Positions 41,734 to 50,797 of a DNA stretch of 64,000 nucleotides are shown here, one piece after another. Within the stretch, counting starts at the first letter, position 1, and every line of letters starts with the position of its first letter. This DNA is from an uncultured bacterium (lineage in GTDB: Bacteria; Fidelibacterota; Marinisomatia; Marinisomatales; UBA1611), in contig CBFIBM010000004.1 in the NCBI GenBank assembly GCA_965660855.1, positions 44,698 through 108,697 on the forward strand. The letters are read 5' to 3'. The notes beneath the pieces are model-generated. The model was given only the letters and a program-made list of their open reading frames with translations, did not search any database and was not told the origin of the DNA. The translations under genes and the position numbers were made by a program.

Positions 41734-42423
41734 CTATTTATCCTCGTCTTCCCATTCTTCTTCATCGTACTGATCACCTTCATACTCATCATCTTCATAT
41801 TCGTCATAATCATCATCATAGTAATCAGCTGGGTATGCAAAATAAGGATTATTAGAAACCCCATATGGTGAATGCGGATTTAGTTGATTTGTAGTAGCAT
41901 CACTTAAATTTGATTGGTTTTCAGCAGCTGCTTGTTCTTGTTTTACGATTATTACTTTAGGATCATTTACAATTGTTTCTTTATTCTGTTTATTCTGATT
42001 TATCGCATCCATCACAAGATTTCTATCCTCATCTGATAAGCCACTTATCGATGTTGGACTGCTTTGAATATTTTTATTTTGATTTCTAAAGTTCAACCCT
42101 GTAAGTACTGAGAAAAAAAGAATTATCAATGAAAAAATTGCACCTTCTGGCTTTAAATCAAAGCCACCCCACATATTTTGCTGAATACCAAAACCAAAGA
42201 AAATCCCAAGGGAGAGCATCACGCCAAAAAGCATAATCATATTACCCATTTCTCTGGGAATGTGAGATTCCATTACAAGCATATAAAGAAACCAAATTAA
42301 TATTACCATCACGGAAATAATAATACTCAACAAGAACTCTCCCATTAGAAGAGAGATAAAAAAACCGACAACTCCAATTGCCGGAATTATGAAACCAACT
42401 CCTGATTTTACATCACTAGCCAT
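41734..42423 (-). CDS. Hypothetical 4-TM membrane protein with Asp/Glu/Tyr-rich tail
   Basis: ATG at 42423 preceded by GGAG; four hydrophobic segments followed by a low-complexity tail. Confidence 0.75.
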   Translation of the reverse strand: MASDVKSGVGFIIPAIGVVGFFISLLMGEFLLSIIISVMVILIWFLYMLVMESHIPREMGNMIMLFGVMLSLGIFFGFGIQQNMWGGFDLKPEGAIFSLIILFFSVLTGLNFRNQNKNIQSSPTSISGLSDEDRNLVMDAINQNKQNKETIVNDPKVIIVKQEQAAAENQSNLSDATTNQLNPHSPYGVSNNPYFAYPADYYDDDYDEYEDDEYEGDQYDEEEWEDEDK

Positions 42424-42564
42424 GTCAAAACTCCAAAAACACCTCGAATTAAGTTTAAAATTGCTGTTTGTATTTATTAAATGCAAGATTTTTCATTATT
42501 AAAAATATCATATATTTTCATTGCTATAATACAAGTATCTATTATTGTAATTTAAGGGATTAAA

Positions 42565-43554
42565 ATGAAAACAAATCTATTAAAATTTGGCGTTATCGGA
42601 GTGGGCCATCTAGGGCAACATCATGTCAAGCACTATTGTAATATTAATGATATTGAGTTTGTAGGCTTTTATGATCCTGATTCTCAAAGAGCTTATGAAA
42701 TATCTCAACAATTTAAAACAAAAGCATTCAGGAGCTTAGAAAAACTGTTATTATCCGTAGATGCAGTTTCTATTGTTTCACCTACAATATATCATTCTAA
42801 AATTGCAGAAAGTTGTATTCTTTTAAAAAAACATGTTTTTATTGAAAAACCAATTGCGTCAACTGTAGAAGAAGCTGATAGATTAATCCAGCTTTCTGAA
42901 AAGAAAAACATAATAATTCAAGTTGGACACATTGAGCGACTAAACCCTGCATTAAAAGCATTGGACAAATATTTATTGCAACCAAAGTATTTAGAAATAC
43001 AGCGATTGTCTCCATACAACACACGGGGGACAGACGTCCCAGTTGTTTTAGATAAAATGATTCATGATATTGATATTGCATTATTCCTTGCAGGTTCAGA
43101 GGTTAATACTGTTTCAGCATCTGGATTATCAATATTAACTGATTCAATTGATATTGCAAATGCTAGAATTGAATTTAAGAATGGATGTGTAGCAAATATA
43201 ACTTCTAGCAGAGTAGCAAAAGATGAAATACGAAAAATAAAAATATTTCAAAAAAATCTTTATTCTACTATAGATTTATATAAAGGACTTACTGAGGTTT
43301 ATTCAATAAATAATGAAAGTTCAGAAAAAAATAAAACCATAATGAACGTACCTTTTAATTACAAAGGTGAAAAAAAACTTATTCACTATGACAAGCCTAC
43401 GGTACTTAAAAGTGATGCTTTAAAATTAGAACTTATTAATTTTGTAAGGTCAATTAAAGGGCACGAAAAGCCTATTGTAGATGGATATGCCGGACGAGAA
43501 GCATTAAAAATAGCAATTGAGATTCAAAACGAAATTATTAAAGAGGTGAATTAA
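42565..43554 (+). CDS. Gfo/Idh/MocA oxidoreductase, GnnA (UDP-GlcNAc 3-dehydrogenase)-like
   Basis: GVGHLG, EKPI, VGHIERLNP, DVPVVLDKMIHDID, ANITSSRV; upstream of lpxB. Confidence 0.85.
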   Translation: MKTNLLKFGVIGVGHLGQHHVKHYCNINDIEFVGFYDPDSQRAYEISQQFKTKAFRSLEKLLLSVDAVSIVSPTIYHSKIAESCILLKKHVFIEKPIASTVEEADRLIQLSEKKNIIIQVGHIERLNPALKALDKYLLQPKYLEIQRLSPYNTRGTDVPVVLDKMIHDIDIALFLAGSEVNTVSASGLSILTDSIDIANARIEFKNGCVANITSSRVAKDEIRKIKIFQKNLYSTIDLYKGLTEVYSINNESSEKNKTIMNVPFNYKGEKKLIHYDKPTVLKSDALKLELINFVRSIKGHEKPIVDGYAGREALKIAIEIQNEIIKEVN

Positions 43555-44129
43555 TGAATTTTAAAAAAATTATTTTCGCGAATAGAAGCTACACACCAAT
43601 TCCAATTGCTATTGCCATGATTTTTTTTTCATCTTTTATATATCCATTTTATTTAGGTGGAGCCATTCTTATTTTCTTTGGGGAGACCATTAGATTTAAT
43701 GCGGTTCGCTATGCTGGAGGAGCTACTCGAACGCTAAAAGTTGGCGCACCATCATTATGTACAAGTGGTCCTTATGCTTTCACTCGGAACCCTTTGTATT
43801 TAGGTAATATGATAATTTATCTAGGGTTCGTCCTTTTTTCTGGTGGAGCTTATATGTTTGAACTATTATTGTTTGTCTTTTTTTATTTTTCATTTCAATA
43901 TTTTATGATTATCAATCTTGAAGAAAAAACCTTGTATAAGAAGTTTGAAAATTCTTATTCTGATTACACTAAAAATGTACCTCGATTAATTCCTCGATTA
44001 AATCGTTGGGAAAATGAAGATGATCGTAAACCGATGAAGTTGATAAAAATATTCAAAACTGAAAAAAGGTCTTTACAAAATATCTTTCTAATTATATCAT
44101 TGATAATAATTAAAAACTTTTATGTCTAA
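43554..44129 (+). CDS. ICMT/PEMT-family membrane methyltransferase (LmtA-like candidate)
   Basis: L.TSGPY..TRNPLYLG, EE..L...F...Y..Y...VPR.IP; multiple TM segments. Confidence 0.85.
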   Translation: MNFKKIIFANRSYTPIPIAIAMIFFSSFIYPFYLGGAILIFFGETIRFNAVRYAGGATRTLKVGAPSLCTSGPYAFTRNPLYLGNMIIYLGFVLFSGGAYMFELLLFVFFYFSFQYFMIINLEEKTLYKKFENSYSDYTKNVPRLIPRLNRWENEDDRKPMKLIKIFKTEKRSLQNIFLIISLIIIKNFYV

Positions 44130-45237
44130 AATAAAGAAATTCTTTATTATAGCAGGGGAGAGCTCTGGTGATTTTCATGGAGCTAAGCTAATTAATAGAA
44201 TTAAAGCTTTAGAGCCAAATAGTACATTTATGGGACATGGTGGAAACCTCATGAAATCTGAGGGAATGTTGATCTTAGAACATATAAACAGTTTATCTAT
44301 TATGGGTTTTACTGAAGTAATAAAACATCTACCACGGTTAAGGATTATTTTTAAAAAAACGATTAAAGCCATAGAAAAATCAAAACCAAACAGAGTTATT
44401 TTAATTGACTATCCTGGATTTAATTTAAGAATTGCAAAAAAAATTTTTCATTTAAATATACCAGTGTCTTATTTTATTTTACCACAGGTTTGGGCATGGA
44501 AAAAGAATCGTATTAAACTAATTAAAAAATATATTGATCACCCTATTTCTATCTTCAAATTTGAGACATCCTGGTTTTTAAAAAATAAAATTAATGTAGA
44601 TTTTTTTGGTCACCCATTATTAGATCAAAGACATTTAAATGAAACCTCAAAATCTTTTTTTACGAGGCACGACCTTACTATTGAACACCCAATTCTTTTA
44701 CTTCTTCCTGGAAGTCGACAGCAAGAAATTAATTATCATTGGCCAATATTTTTATCTTTAATCAAAATTATTAAAAAGAAGAATCCAAACTTTCAATTTA
44801 TTCTGGGAAAATCAGATACAGTTAAGATTTTAGATATTCCAGATTATATAAAAATTGAAAATAATGCTAATAAAGCTATGGTTGTTTCTACAGCAGCTAT
44901 TACAGCTTCAGGTACTGCAACACTAGAGTGTGCAATTGAAGAATTACCAACAATTGTTTGTTATAAAATGTCTTCTATTTCATGGACCATTGCTAAGTAC
45001 TTAACAAATTTAAAATATTCAAGTATTGTAAACATAATTGCTGATAAAGAAATCTTCCCTGAATTCTTACAAGATAAAATGAATACAAATTTGATATTAA
45101 AAAAACTTGAATCACTTTTAGCCGCAAATTCAATTGAAAGAAAAACAATGATTGAAGATCTTCAACAAATCAAAATCTCACTTGGAAATCCAGGTGTTTA
45201 TGATAGAATAGCAAAATCAATTATAAAGAGACATTAA
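44122..45237 (+). CDS. lpxB: Lipid A disaccharide synthase
   Basis: AGESSGD, IDYPGFN, PQVWAW, GHPL, LLPGSR, SGTATLE. Confidence 0.96.
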   Translation: MSKIKKFFIIAGESSGDFHGAKLINRIKALEPNSTFMGHGGNLMKSEGMLILEHINSLSIMGFTEVIKHLPRLRIIFKKTIKAIEKSKPNRVILIDYPGFNLRIAKKIFHLNIPVSYFILPQVWAWKKNRIKLIKKYIDHPISIFKFETSWFLKNKINVDFFGHPLLDQRHLNETSKSFFTRHDLTIEHPILLLLPGSRQQEINYHWPIFLSLIKIIKKKNPNFQFILGKSDTVKILDIPDYIKIENNANKAMVVSTAAITASGTATLECAIEELPTIVCYKMSSISWTIAKYLTNLKYSSIVNIIADKEIFPEFLQDKMNTNLILKKLESLLAANSIERKTMIEDLQQIKISLGNPGVYDRIAKSIIKRH

Positions 45238-45240
45238 TAC

Positions 45241-45888
45241 TTGAAAAAACATAAAAAATCAGAAATAAAAACGTTGGGAATAAGTTTGATTTTAAAATTA
45301 TTGTATAGTACAAATAAATACCATGTTTCTGGTAAAAAAAACATCCAAAAAATAAGAAATTCAGGAACATCAATTATAATTTCAACATGGCACTCAAACT
45401 TATTATCTGTTTTTTATGAATTAAGGAAGTTAGATGTTCATGCTTTAGCAGGGACACATAATGATGCTGAGTTAATATCTCAAGTTGCACTTAAATGGGG
45501 TTGGAAAATGATTCGAGGTTCGAGCAAAGAAGATGGATCTAAAGCTTATAAAGAAATTTTAAAGACACTATCTAAACCCAGTAATATTCTATTTATAACA
45601 CCAGACGGACCAACAGGGCCTGCAAAACAGCCAAAACCAGGTATTATTCGAGCAGCTCAAGCAACACAAGCAGCAATAATACCAACTAGCGTTATTTCAA
45701 CCAGACATTGGGGGTTTACAAATTGGGATACTTTTTACTTAGAAAAACCTTTTGGAAAGATATTTATAAATTATAGTGATCCAATTTTCATCGATAAAAA
45801 TATAAATTTTAAAAACGCTGTTTTAAAATTTAACAAAGCTATGGATAGATCAGATAAAATTAATTTGCGTAATGCAACTAAAAATTAA
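45241..45888 (+). CDS. DUF374-family acyltransferase (LpxJ-like)
   Basis: WH, H.DAE, IRGSS, ITPDGPTGP, WD...PFG motifs; TTG start. Confidence 0.82.
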   Translation: MKKHKKSEIKTLGISLILKLLYSTNKYHVSGKKNIQKIRNSGTSIIISTWHSNLLSVFYELRKLDVHALAGTHNDAELISQVALKWGWKMIRGSSKEDGSKAYKEILKTLSKPSNILFITPDGPTGPAKQPKPGIIRAAQATQAAIIPTSVISTRHWGFTNWDTFYLEKPFGKIFINYSDPIFIDKNINFKNAVLKFNKAMDRSDKINLRNATKN

Positions 45889-46954
45889 CTTCCTAAGGCA
45901 GCTTCTTTATCCTTTATTGCCGCTCTATTGGGTTATAGTTTCTGTTAGAAATATTTTATTTGATTTAAGACTTATTAAAATCCACCATCTTAAATGTACT
46001 GTAATTAGTATTGGAAATCTTTCAACAGGTGGGGTAGGGAAAACCCCTATGACAATTTTTCTTGCTAAAGAACTTATGAAAAAGGGCTTAAAGATTGGGA
46101 TACTTACCAGAGGATATGGCCGAAACTCAAAAAAGACATTTATTATATGTAATGATGGAAAAGAAAACACTGATCATCTTAATCCATTTGAAATAGGTGA
46201 TGAACCAGTTCTACTGTATAAAAAACTAATTAATGTCCCAATAGCGGTTTCTAAGAATCGTATGAGCGCGGGAAAATTAATTGTACAAAAATATGAACTT
46301 GACGCAATTATTCTAGATGATGGTTTTCAGCACAGGTACATTAAGAGAGATATTGATATACTTTTAATTAATTCACTTGATCAAAAATCCAATTATAAAC
46401 TTTTGCCAGTTGGGAATTTAAGAGAACCTTGGAATGCCATAAAAAGATCGGATTTTATCATCTTAACTAAAGCAAATTTATTAGTAAAAGAGAGTGAATA
46501 TATACACAATAAATTAAAAAATGAATCCAACGTGATTATTTCTGATTCATATAATAAAGTTATTCAAAGTAAAAAAAGTTTATTAATGAAATTTGATGGT
46601 AAAAAAGCTGTTTTACTATCTGGGATTGGCGATTCTAAAAGTTTTGACATAAGCTCCAGTCAACTTGGAATTAATATAGTAGGGCATGTAAGACTTAAGG
46701 ACCATTTTCAATACACAAAAGAAAACCTAAAAAAAATATTAAATAATAATTATATTAAAAACGCAGATTTTATTTTAACAACTGAAAAAGACTTAGTTAA
46801 AATAGAAAAGTTTAACATAAGGCTTCCTATTATTCCATTAGAATTAATTTTTAATATCAGAGAAAGGGAGGAGGCTAAAAAGCTTATAACTTTCATTTTA
46901 AAAGAAATTAAATCTGAGACATCCCATAAGCAAAAACGACACCAACAAACGTAA
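45872..46954 (+). CDS. lpxK: Tetraacyldisaccharide 4'-kinase
   Basis: SIGNLSTGGVGKTP, RGYG, GDEP, LDDGFQH, LRE, DH, TTEKD. Confidence 0.95.
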   Translation: MQLKINFLRQLLYPLLPLYWVIVSVRNILFDLRLIKIHHLKCTVISIGNLSTGGVGKTPMTIFLAKELMKKGLKIGILTRGYGRNSKKTFIICNDGKENTDHLNPFEIGDEPVLLYKKLINVPIAVSKNRMSAGKLIVQKYELDAIILDDGFQHRYIKRDIDILLINSLDQKSNYKLLPVGNLREPWNAIKRSDFIILTKANLLVKESEYIHNKLKNESNVIISDSYNKVIQSKKSLLMKFDGKKAVLLSGIGDSKSFDISSSQLGINIVGHVRLKDHFQYTKENLKKILNNNYIKNADFILTTEKDLVKIEKFNIRLPIIPLELIFNIREREEAKKLITFILKEIKSETSHKQKRHQQT

Positions 46955-49900
46955 GCATAAGCGGCCATCCTGTATTAACTAACTGTTTTGAACTTGGGTC
47001 ATGAAAAACGTGTACTTGAAACTCATGTGTTGAAGTTGCTCCATGTTCATCCACAGCCATCAAAATGAAATCATTCATTCCCATTTGATTTTTTCTTGGT
47101 GTCCACTCTAAAGTTGCTCTGTTTTTATCAAATCTAGCATATTTTGGCAATCGAACTGATCTATATGCTACTTTATCCCCATTAAGGTCTTCAGTAGTTA
47201 TTTTATACCTCCATGAATGACCCGTTAATCCTACTGGTTTTGGGCTTGAAATAACGGTTGGAGCGTTATTTACAAATATTTTACCTTTTTGTACATCAGT
47301 ACCATAACCATCGCTAACTGCAACTTCAAAAGTATTATTATTTATCTGCGCCGCTTTGGGTACCCACAAAATCTTTCCATACCTATCCATTTGCATTCCG
47401 TGAGGCCCCTTGAGAAGTGTATATTCCAATTTTGTGTTTTCATTTTTATCTTCTACTCTTACTTGATATTTAAATAACTCGCCAGCAAGTCCCATGTGTG
47501 GAGGATTTGAAACAATTGTTGGTAAATGATTTGCATAAACTTCATAAGTTTGTTCATCTTTAGTGTACCCATCAGATACAACAACGGTAATTCTATGTGC
47601 GTCAGCTTGTTCAACCGTTGGAGTCCAACGTAATGTACCTGAAGATTTTTCAACAACCATGCCTTCAGGAAAATCTAATAAATTAAAACGAAAAGGGTTT
47701 ACTTTTTCGACAACAACTCGTGGAGGCTTACCTTTTGATCCATGGAAAAACTCCCATAAAAAGTCTTTCATCTTTATAGTTCTACCATCAATAGTTTCTA
47801 ATAAAACCCAAAGTCGATCATCCTCAAAAAATACAGAATGGGTATATTTTTTTAAATTCAATCTTGAGACTAAACTATCAGCTGGATATTTAGGATCTAC
47901 ATAATATATCGCATCACTGTTATGCCAATCCCCTAAAAATCTATCTATATTTGATAGGGCAACATCATCTGTAATATTGATTGAATACATTCTAATTGCA
48001 GAAACATCATGTACTTTTACTACTCGTTTAAATGGTAGTAGTGCACCTTTATTTTTATCATTTATCATTATTTTATATGCGTATTCTTCTCCAACTGTAG
48101 AAGACATAGGAGGGACAGATACTATTTTAGTAGGTGCATTAACAAAAAACTCTGACTCAATTATTCTTGATTCATGTCCGTCTGAAATTTCAATTTTTAA
48201 TTTGTGAAAGTCCAATTCATTCATTGTTGGCTCCCAGCGTAAAAATCCAGTTTGAGGGTCCATGCGCATACCTTCTGGAAGCTCATGGGCGGTATATATT
48301 AATCTATCCTTCTTATTTGGCTCTTCAATTACTAGATCAAAATCCCAAATTCCTCCGACATTTATAGTATTCATTATCATAGGAGCTGATTTTATTATTG
48401 GAGGATGATTCACAAATAACTTGACATTCTGCGTATCAGTAGCGACACCATGGCTTACAATAATACTATAGTCAACCGTGTCTACCTGGACAGGGTTTGG
48501 AGTCCAGGATATAGTACCATCAGGCTGTAATTTCATTCCATCAGGACCCGAAAACAGCTTGTAGCTTATTTTTTCATCAGGTCTTTGTTTCCATACTTTA
48601 ACGGTATAATTATAAGGTGTACCTACACTTGCCTTTCCAGGTGCTTTGGATAATATCTTAACTCCAGCTCTTGAAAATAATTGAAACTCTTGTGCTGTTC
48701 TTTCAAAACCATCGGAGGCAATAAGCCTTACATCATAAACCTCAACATGATTACTATCTGTTTTCCAAACAATTACATCATCTTCAATATACATACCTTC
48801 AGGAGCAACTTCTAACTCAAGCTTTATTGAGCTATCTTTATTTAAGTCTTGAATAATTGGTTCATATCTAAAGGTTGATCCTGCAATAAATTCTGTTATA
48901 GTTGGTTGAGTTAAGAAACGTGGAGGGTCATTAACATAAACCCACAAACTTTCATCGCGGCTTTCTAGAACTGGAACAGCCTTAAAAACTTGCTCAACTT
49001 CATTTACTCCTGTTGTTGCTTCCATTGTTTCATCTACTTTCATTCTAACCATGTATGAAAGTGAAAATGCATCTAATTGTTTTTCTGTTGGAACCCAATT
49101 AATTGATTTACTCTCATATAAAAAATACATTCCTTTTGGTGGCTGTTTTTCCCATCTAAAACTGTAAAACTCATCACTACTATCTTTAGGAATTTCATAT
49201 AAGAATGGTTGTCCTGGCCTGAGAACGTACCTTGGTAAAATATATTTAGGTAGCCTTTGTCCAAGCGCCTCTTTTGGCTTTGGTAATTTAGGCTGTTCTA
49301 AGGTTCTGACAATTTTTTTTGGTATTGGCATTCTTGGCTGCTCCCTAAGAACTTTACCTTCTTTTTGATCAGGGTATATTGTACTTGGTAAATAACTACT
49401 TGGTGATTCTCCCAAGTCTGTTATAATTATCTCTTCTTTTTGTGGTTCCAACGGGATTTTTTCTTCTGGTGGTAATTCTATAAAAACTTCTGGTATTTCA
49501 GGTTTTAAATCATCAACATTTGAAAGAAGAGCTGGTAATTGTTTTTGAATAAAATCAGGAGTAATAAGATATCCTTGGTCTAACTGGCTTGACTTCGAAC
49601 CCAACTCTACTATGTATGTAGAGTTTTGATCTCCATTCCAGCCAGAAACTAAAATACTACCACTATAAAGACCTGCTTTTGTTAATGGAAGCATTGAAAA
49701 AATCTGCATTTCGTTTGGAACATTTTTTAAAGCATTTTGAACCTGCTTTGATCCCCCATTTTTACCCGATATCAAAGTAATTGTGTTGAGGTCAGAAGAA
49801 AGAGTGAGTATGTCTTCATAGGTGTCTTGATCAAAATCTTCTAATGCAATTTGTGTAAGAGGACCGCTTACGATTGGGACTTCTTCAATTACCAAAGTGG

Positions 49901-50792
49901 CAGGTGTAAGAGTAAAAGCAACAATATCGCCAGAATTAAAAGGAACGAGAACATCAGAAAATCCATCAGCATCCCAATCCGTTAGTTGAATTGAATTTGG
50001 CAAAATTCCACTCAAACCATCAATTTGTTTGCGTACAAGATGCCCTGAATCAAAAACGCCTCCAATATTATAAAATGGCTGTGCCTTTATTGTGTTACCA
50101 TCAGGACTTAAAGCTAATACATCATCATAACCGTCTCCATCATAATCAACTACGCCAACATATAGCAACCCAGATCCAACTAACAGCTGATCTGGACGTA
50201 TTTTTTTTGAGAGCGACATCCCATTCGCATTAAAGTTCACAACCGCAAAACCTCGAAATGGACTGCCCAAGGCTAGAACTATTTCTTGATCACCGTCTGA
50301 GTCCTGGTCAAGAAGTTGAAAGTTATTACATCGTAAAGATCTATTTTCCTTTCCTAAATCTAGTGTAGAGCTTGGAATTTCTGAAAAATTTGTTCCATTC
50401 CATGAATAAGTTGCTATAAAAACGTGTGGCGTTGTATTGTTTTCAAAGCGAGAAAGATTCATTACAATAATGATTTCAGGAAAACCATCCCCATCTACAT
50501 CACCAATCTTAGCATCAACAAAATCTCCTGCTAACTCAACCGGAGGTTTAAACTCCCAGATTAATGTCTGATAGTTATCTGCATCAATTTCATAGTATCT
50601 AACCTTATTAGGAAACACACCTTCTTTTGGATTTAGTTCTAAAGCTATAAACTCTAACATTTGATCCCCATCAAGATCATATGCTCCATTCATGTGAGAA
50701 ATTTTTTGTCCAAATAAAAATGAAAAAATAACAAAGGACATAAAAACTGTTGTAATATTTTTATTACTAGTTTTAATATTTAGACTTAACAA
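46908..50792 (-). CDS. Large surface protein: FG-GAP/VCBS repeats, Pro-rich linker, seven cadherin-like (He_PIG-type) Ig domains, C-terminal TM anchor
   Basis: DxDGDG-type repeats (DLDGDQ, DVDGDG, DQDSDG, DYDGDG, DWDADG, DFDQDT); repeats of N.PP...P.GM....G...W.P...SDG; hydrophobic C-terminus. Confidence 0.85.
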   Translation of the reverse strand: MLSLNIKTSNKNITTVFMSFVIFSFLFGQKISHMNGAYDLDGDQMLEFIALELNPKEGVFPNKVRYYEIDADNYQTLIWEFKPPVELAGDFVDAKIGDVDGDGFPEIIIVMNLSRFENNTTPHVFIATYSWNGTNFSEIPSSTLDLGKENRSLRCNNFQLLDQDSDGDQEIVLALGSPFRGFAVVNFNANGMSLSKKIRPDQLLVGSGLLYVGVVDYDGDGYDDVLALSPDGNTIKAQPFYNIGGVFDSGHLVRKQIDGLSGILPNSIQLTDWDADGFSDVLVPFNSGDIVAFTLTPATLVIEEVPIVSGPLTQIALEDFDQDTYEDILTLSSDLNTITLISGKNGGSKQVQNALKNVPNEMQIFSMLPLTKAGLYSGSILVSGWNGDQNSTYIVELGSKSSQLDQGYLITPDFIQKQLPALLSNVDDLKPEIPEVFIELPPEEKIPLEPQKEEIIITDLGESPSSYLPSTIYPDQKEGKVLREQPRMPIPKKIVRTLEQPKLPKPKEALGQRLPKYILPRYVLRPGQPFLYEIPKDSSDEFYSFRWEKQPPKGMYFLYESKSINWVPTEKQLDAFSLSYMVRMKVDETMEATTGVNEVEQVFKAVPVLESRDESLWVYVNDPPRFLTQPTITEFIAGSTFRYEPIIQDLNKDSSIKLELEVAPEGMYIEDDVIVWKTDSNHVEVYDVRLIASDGFERTAQEFQLFSRAGVKILSKAPGKASVGTPYNYTVKVWKQRPDEKISYKLFSGPDGMKLQPDGTISWTPNPVQVDTVDYSIIVSHGVATDTQNVKLFVNHPPIIKSAPMIMNTINVGGIWDFDLVIEEPNKKDRLIYTAHELPEGMRMDPQTGFLRWEPTMNELDFHKLKIEISDGHESRIIESEFFVNAPTKIVSVPPMSSTVGEEYAYKIMINDKNKGALLPFKRVVKVHDVSAIRMYSINITDDVALSNIDRFLGDWHNSDAIYYVDPKYPADSLVSRLNLKKYTHSVFFEDDRLWVLLETIDGRTIKMKDFLWEFFHGSKGKPPRVVVEKVNPFRFNLLDFPEGMVVEKSSGTLRWTPTVEQADAHRITVVVSDGYTKDEQTYEVYANHLPTIVSNPPHMGLAGELFKYQVRVEDKNENTKLEYTLLKGPHGMQMDRYGKILWVPKAAQINNNTFEVAVSDGYGTDVQKGKIFVNNAPTVISSPKPVGLTGHSWRYKITTEDLNGDKVAYRSVRLPKYARFDKNRATLEWTPRKNQMGMNDFILMAVDEHGATSTHEFQVHVFHDPSSKQLVNTGWPLMLTFVGVVFAYGMSQI

Positions 50793-50797
50793 AATAA

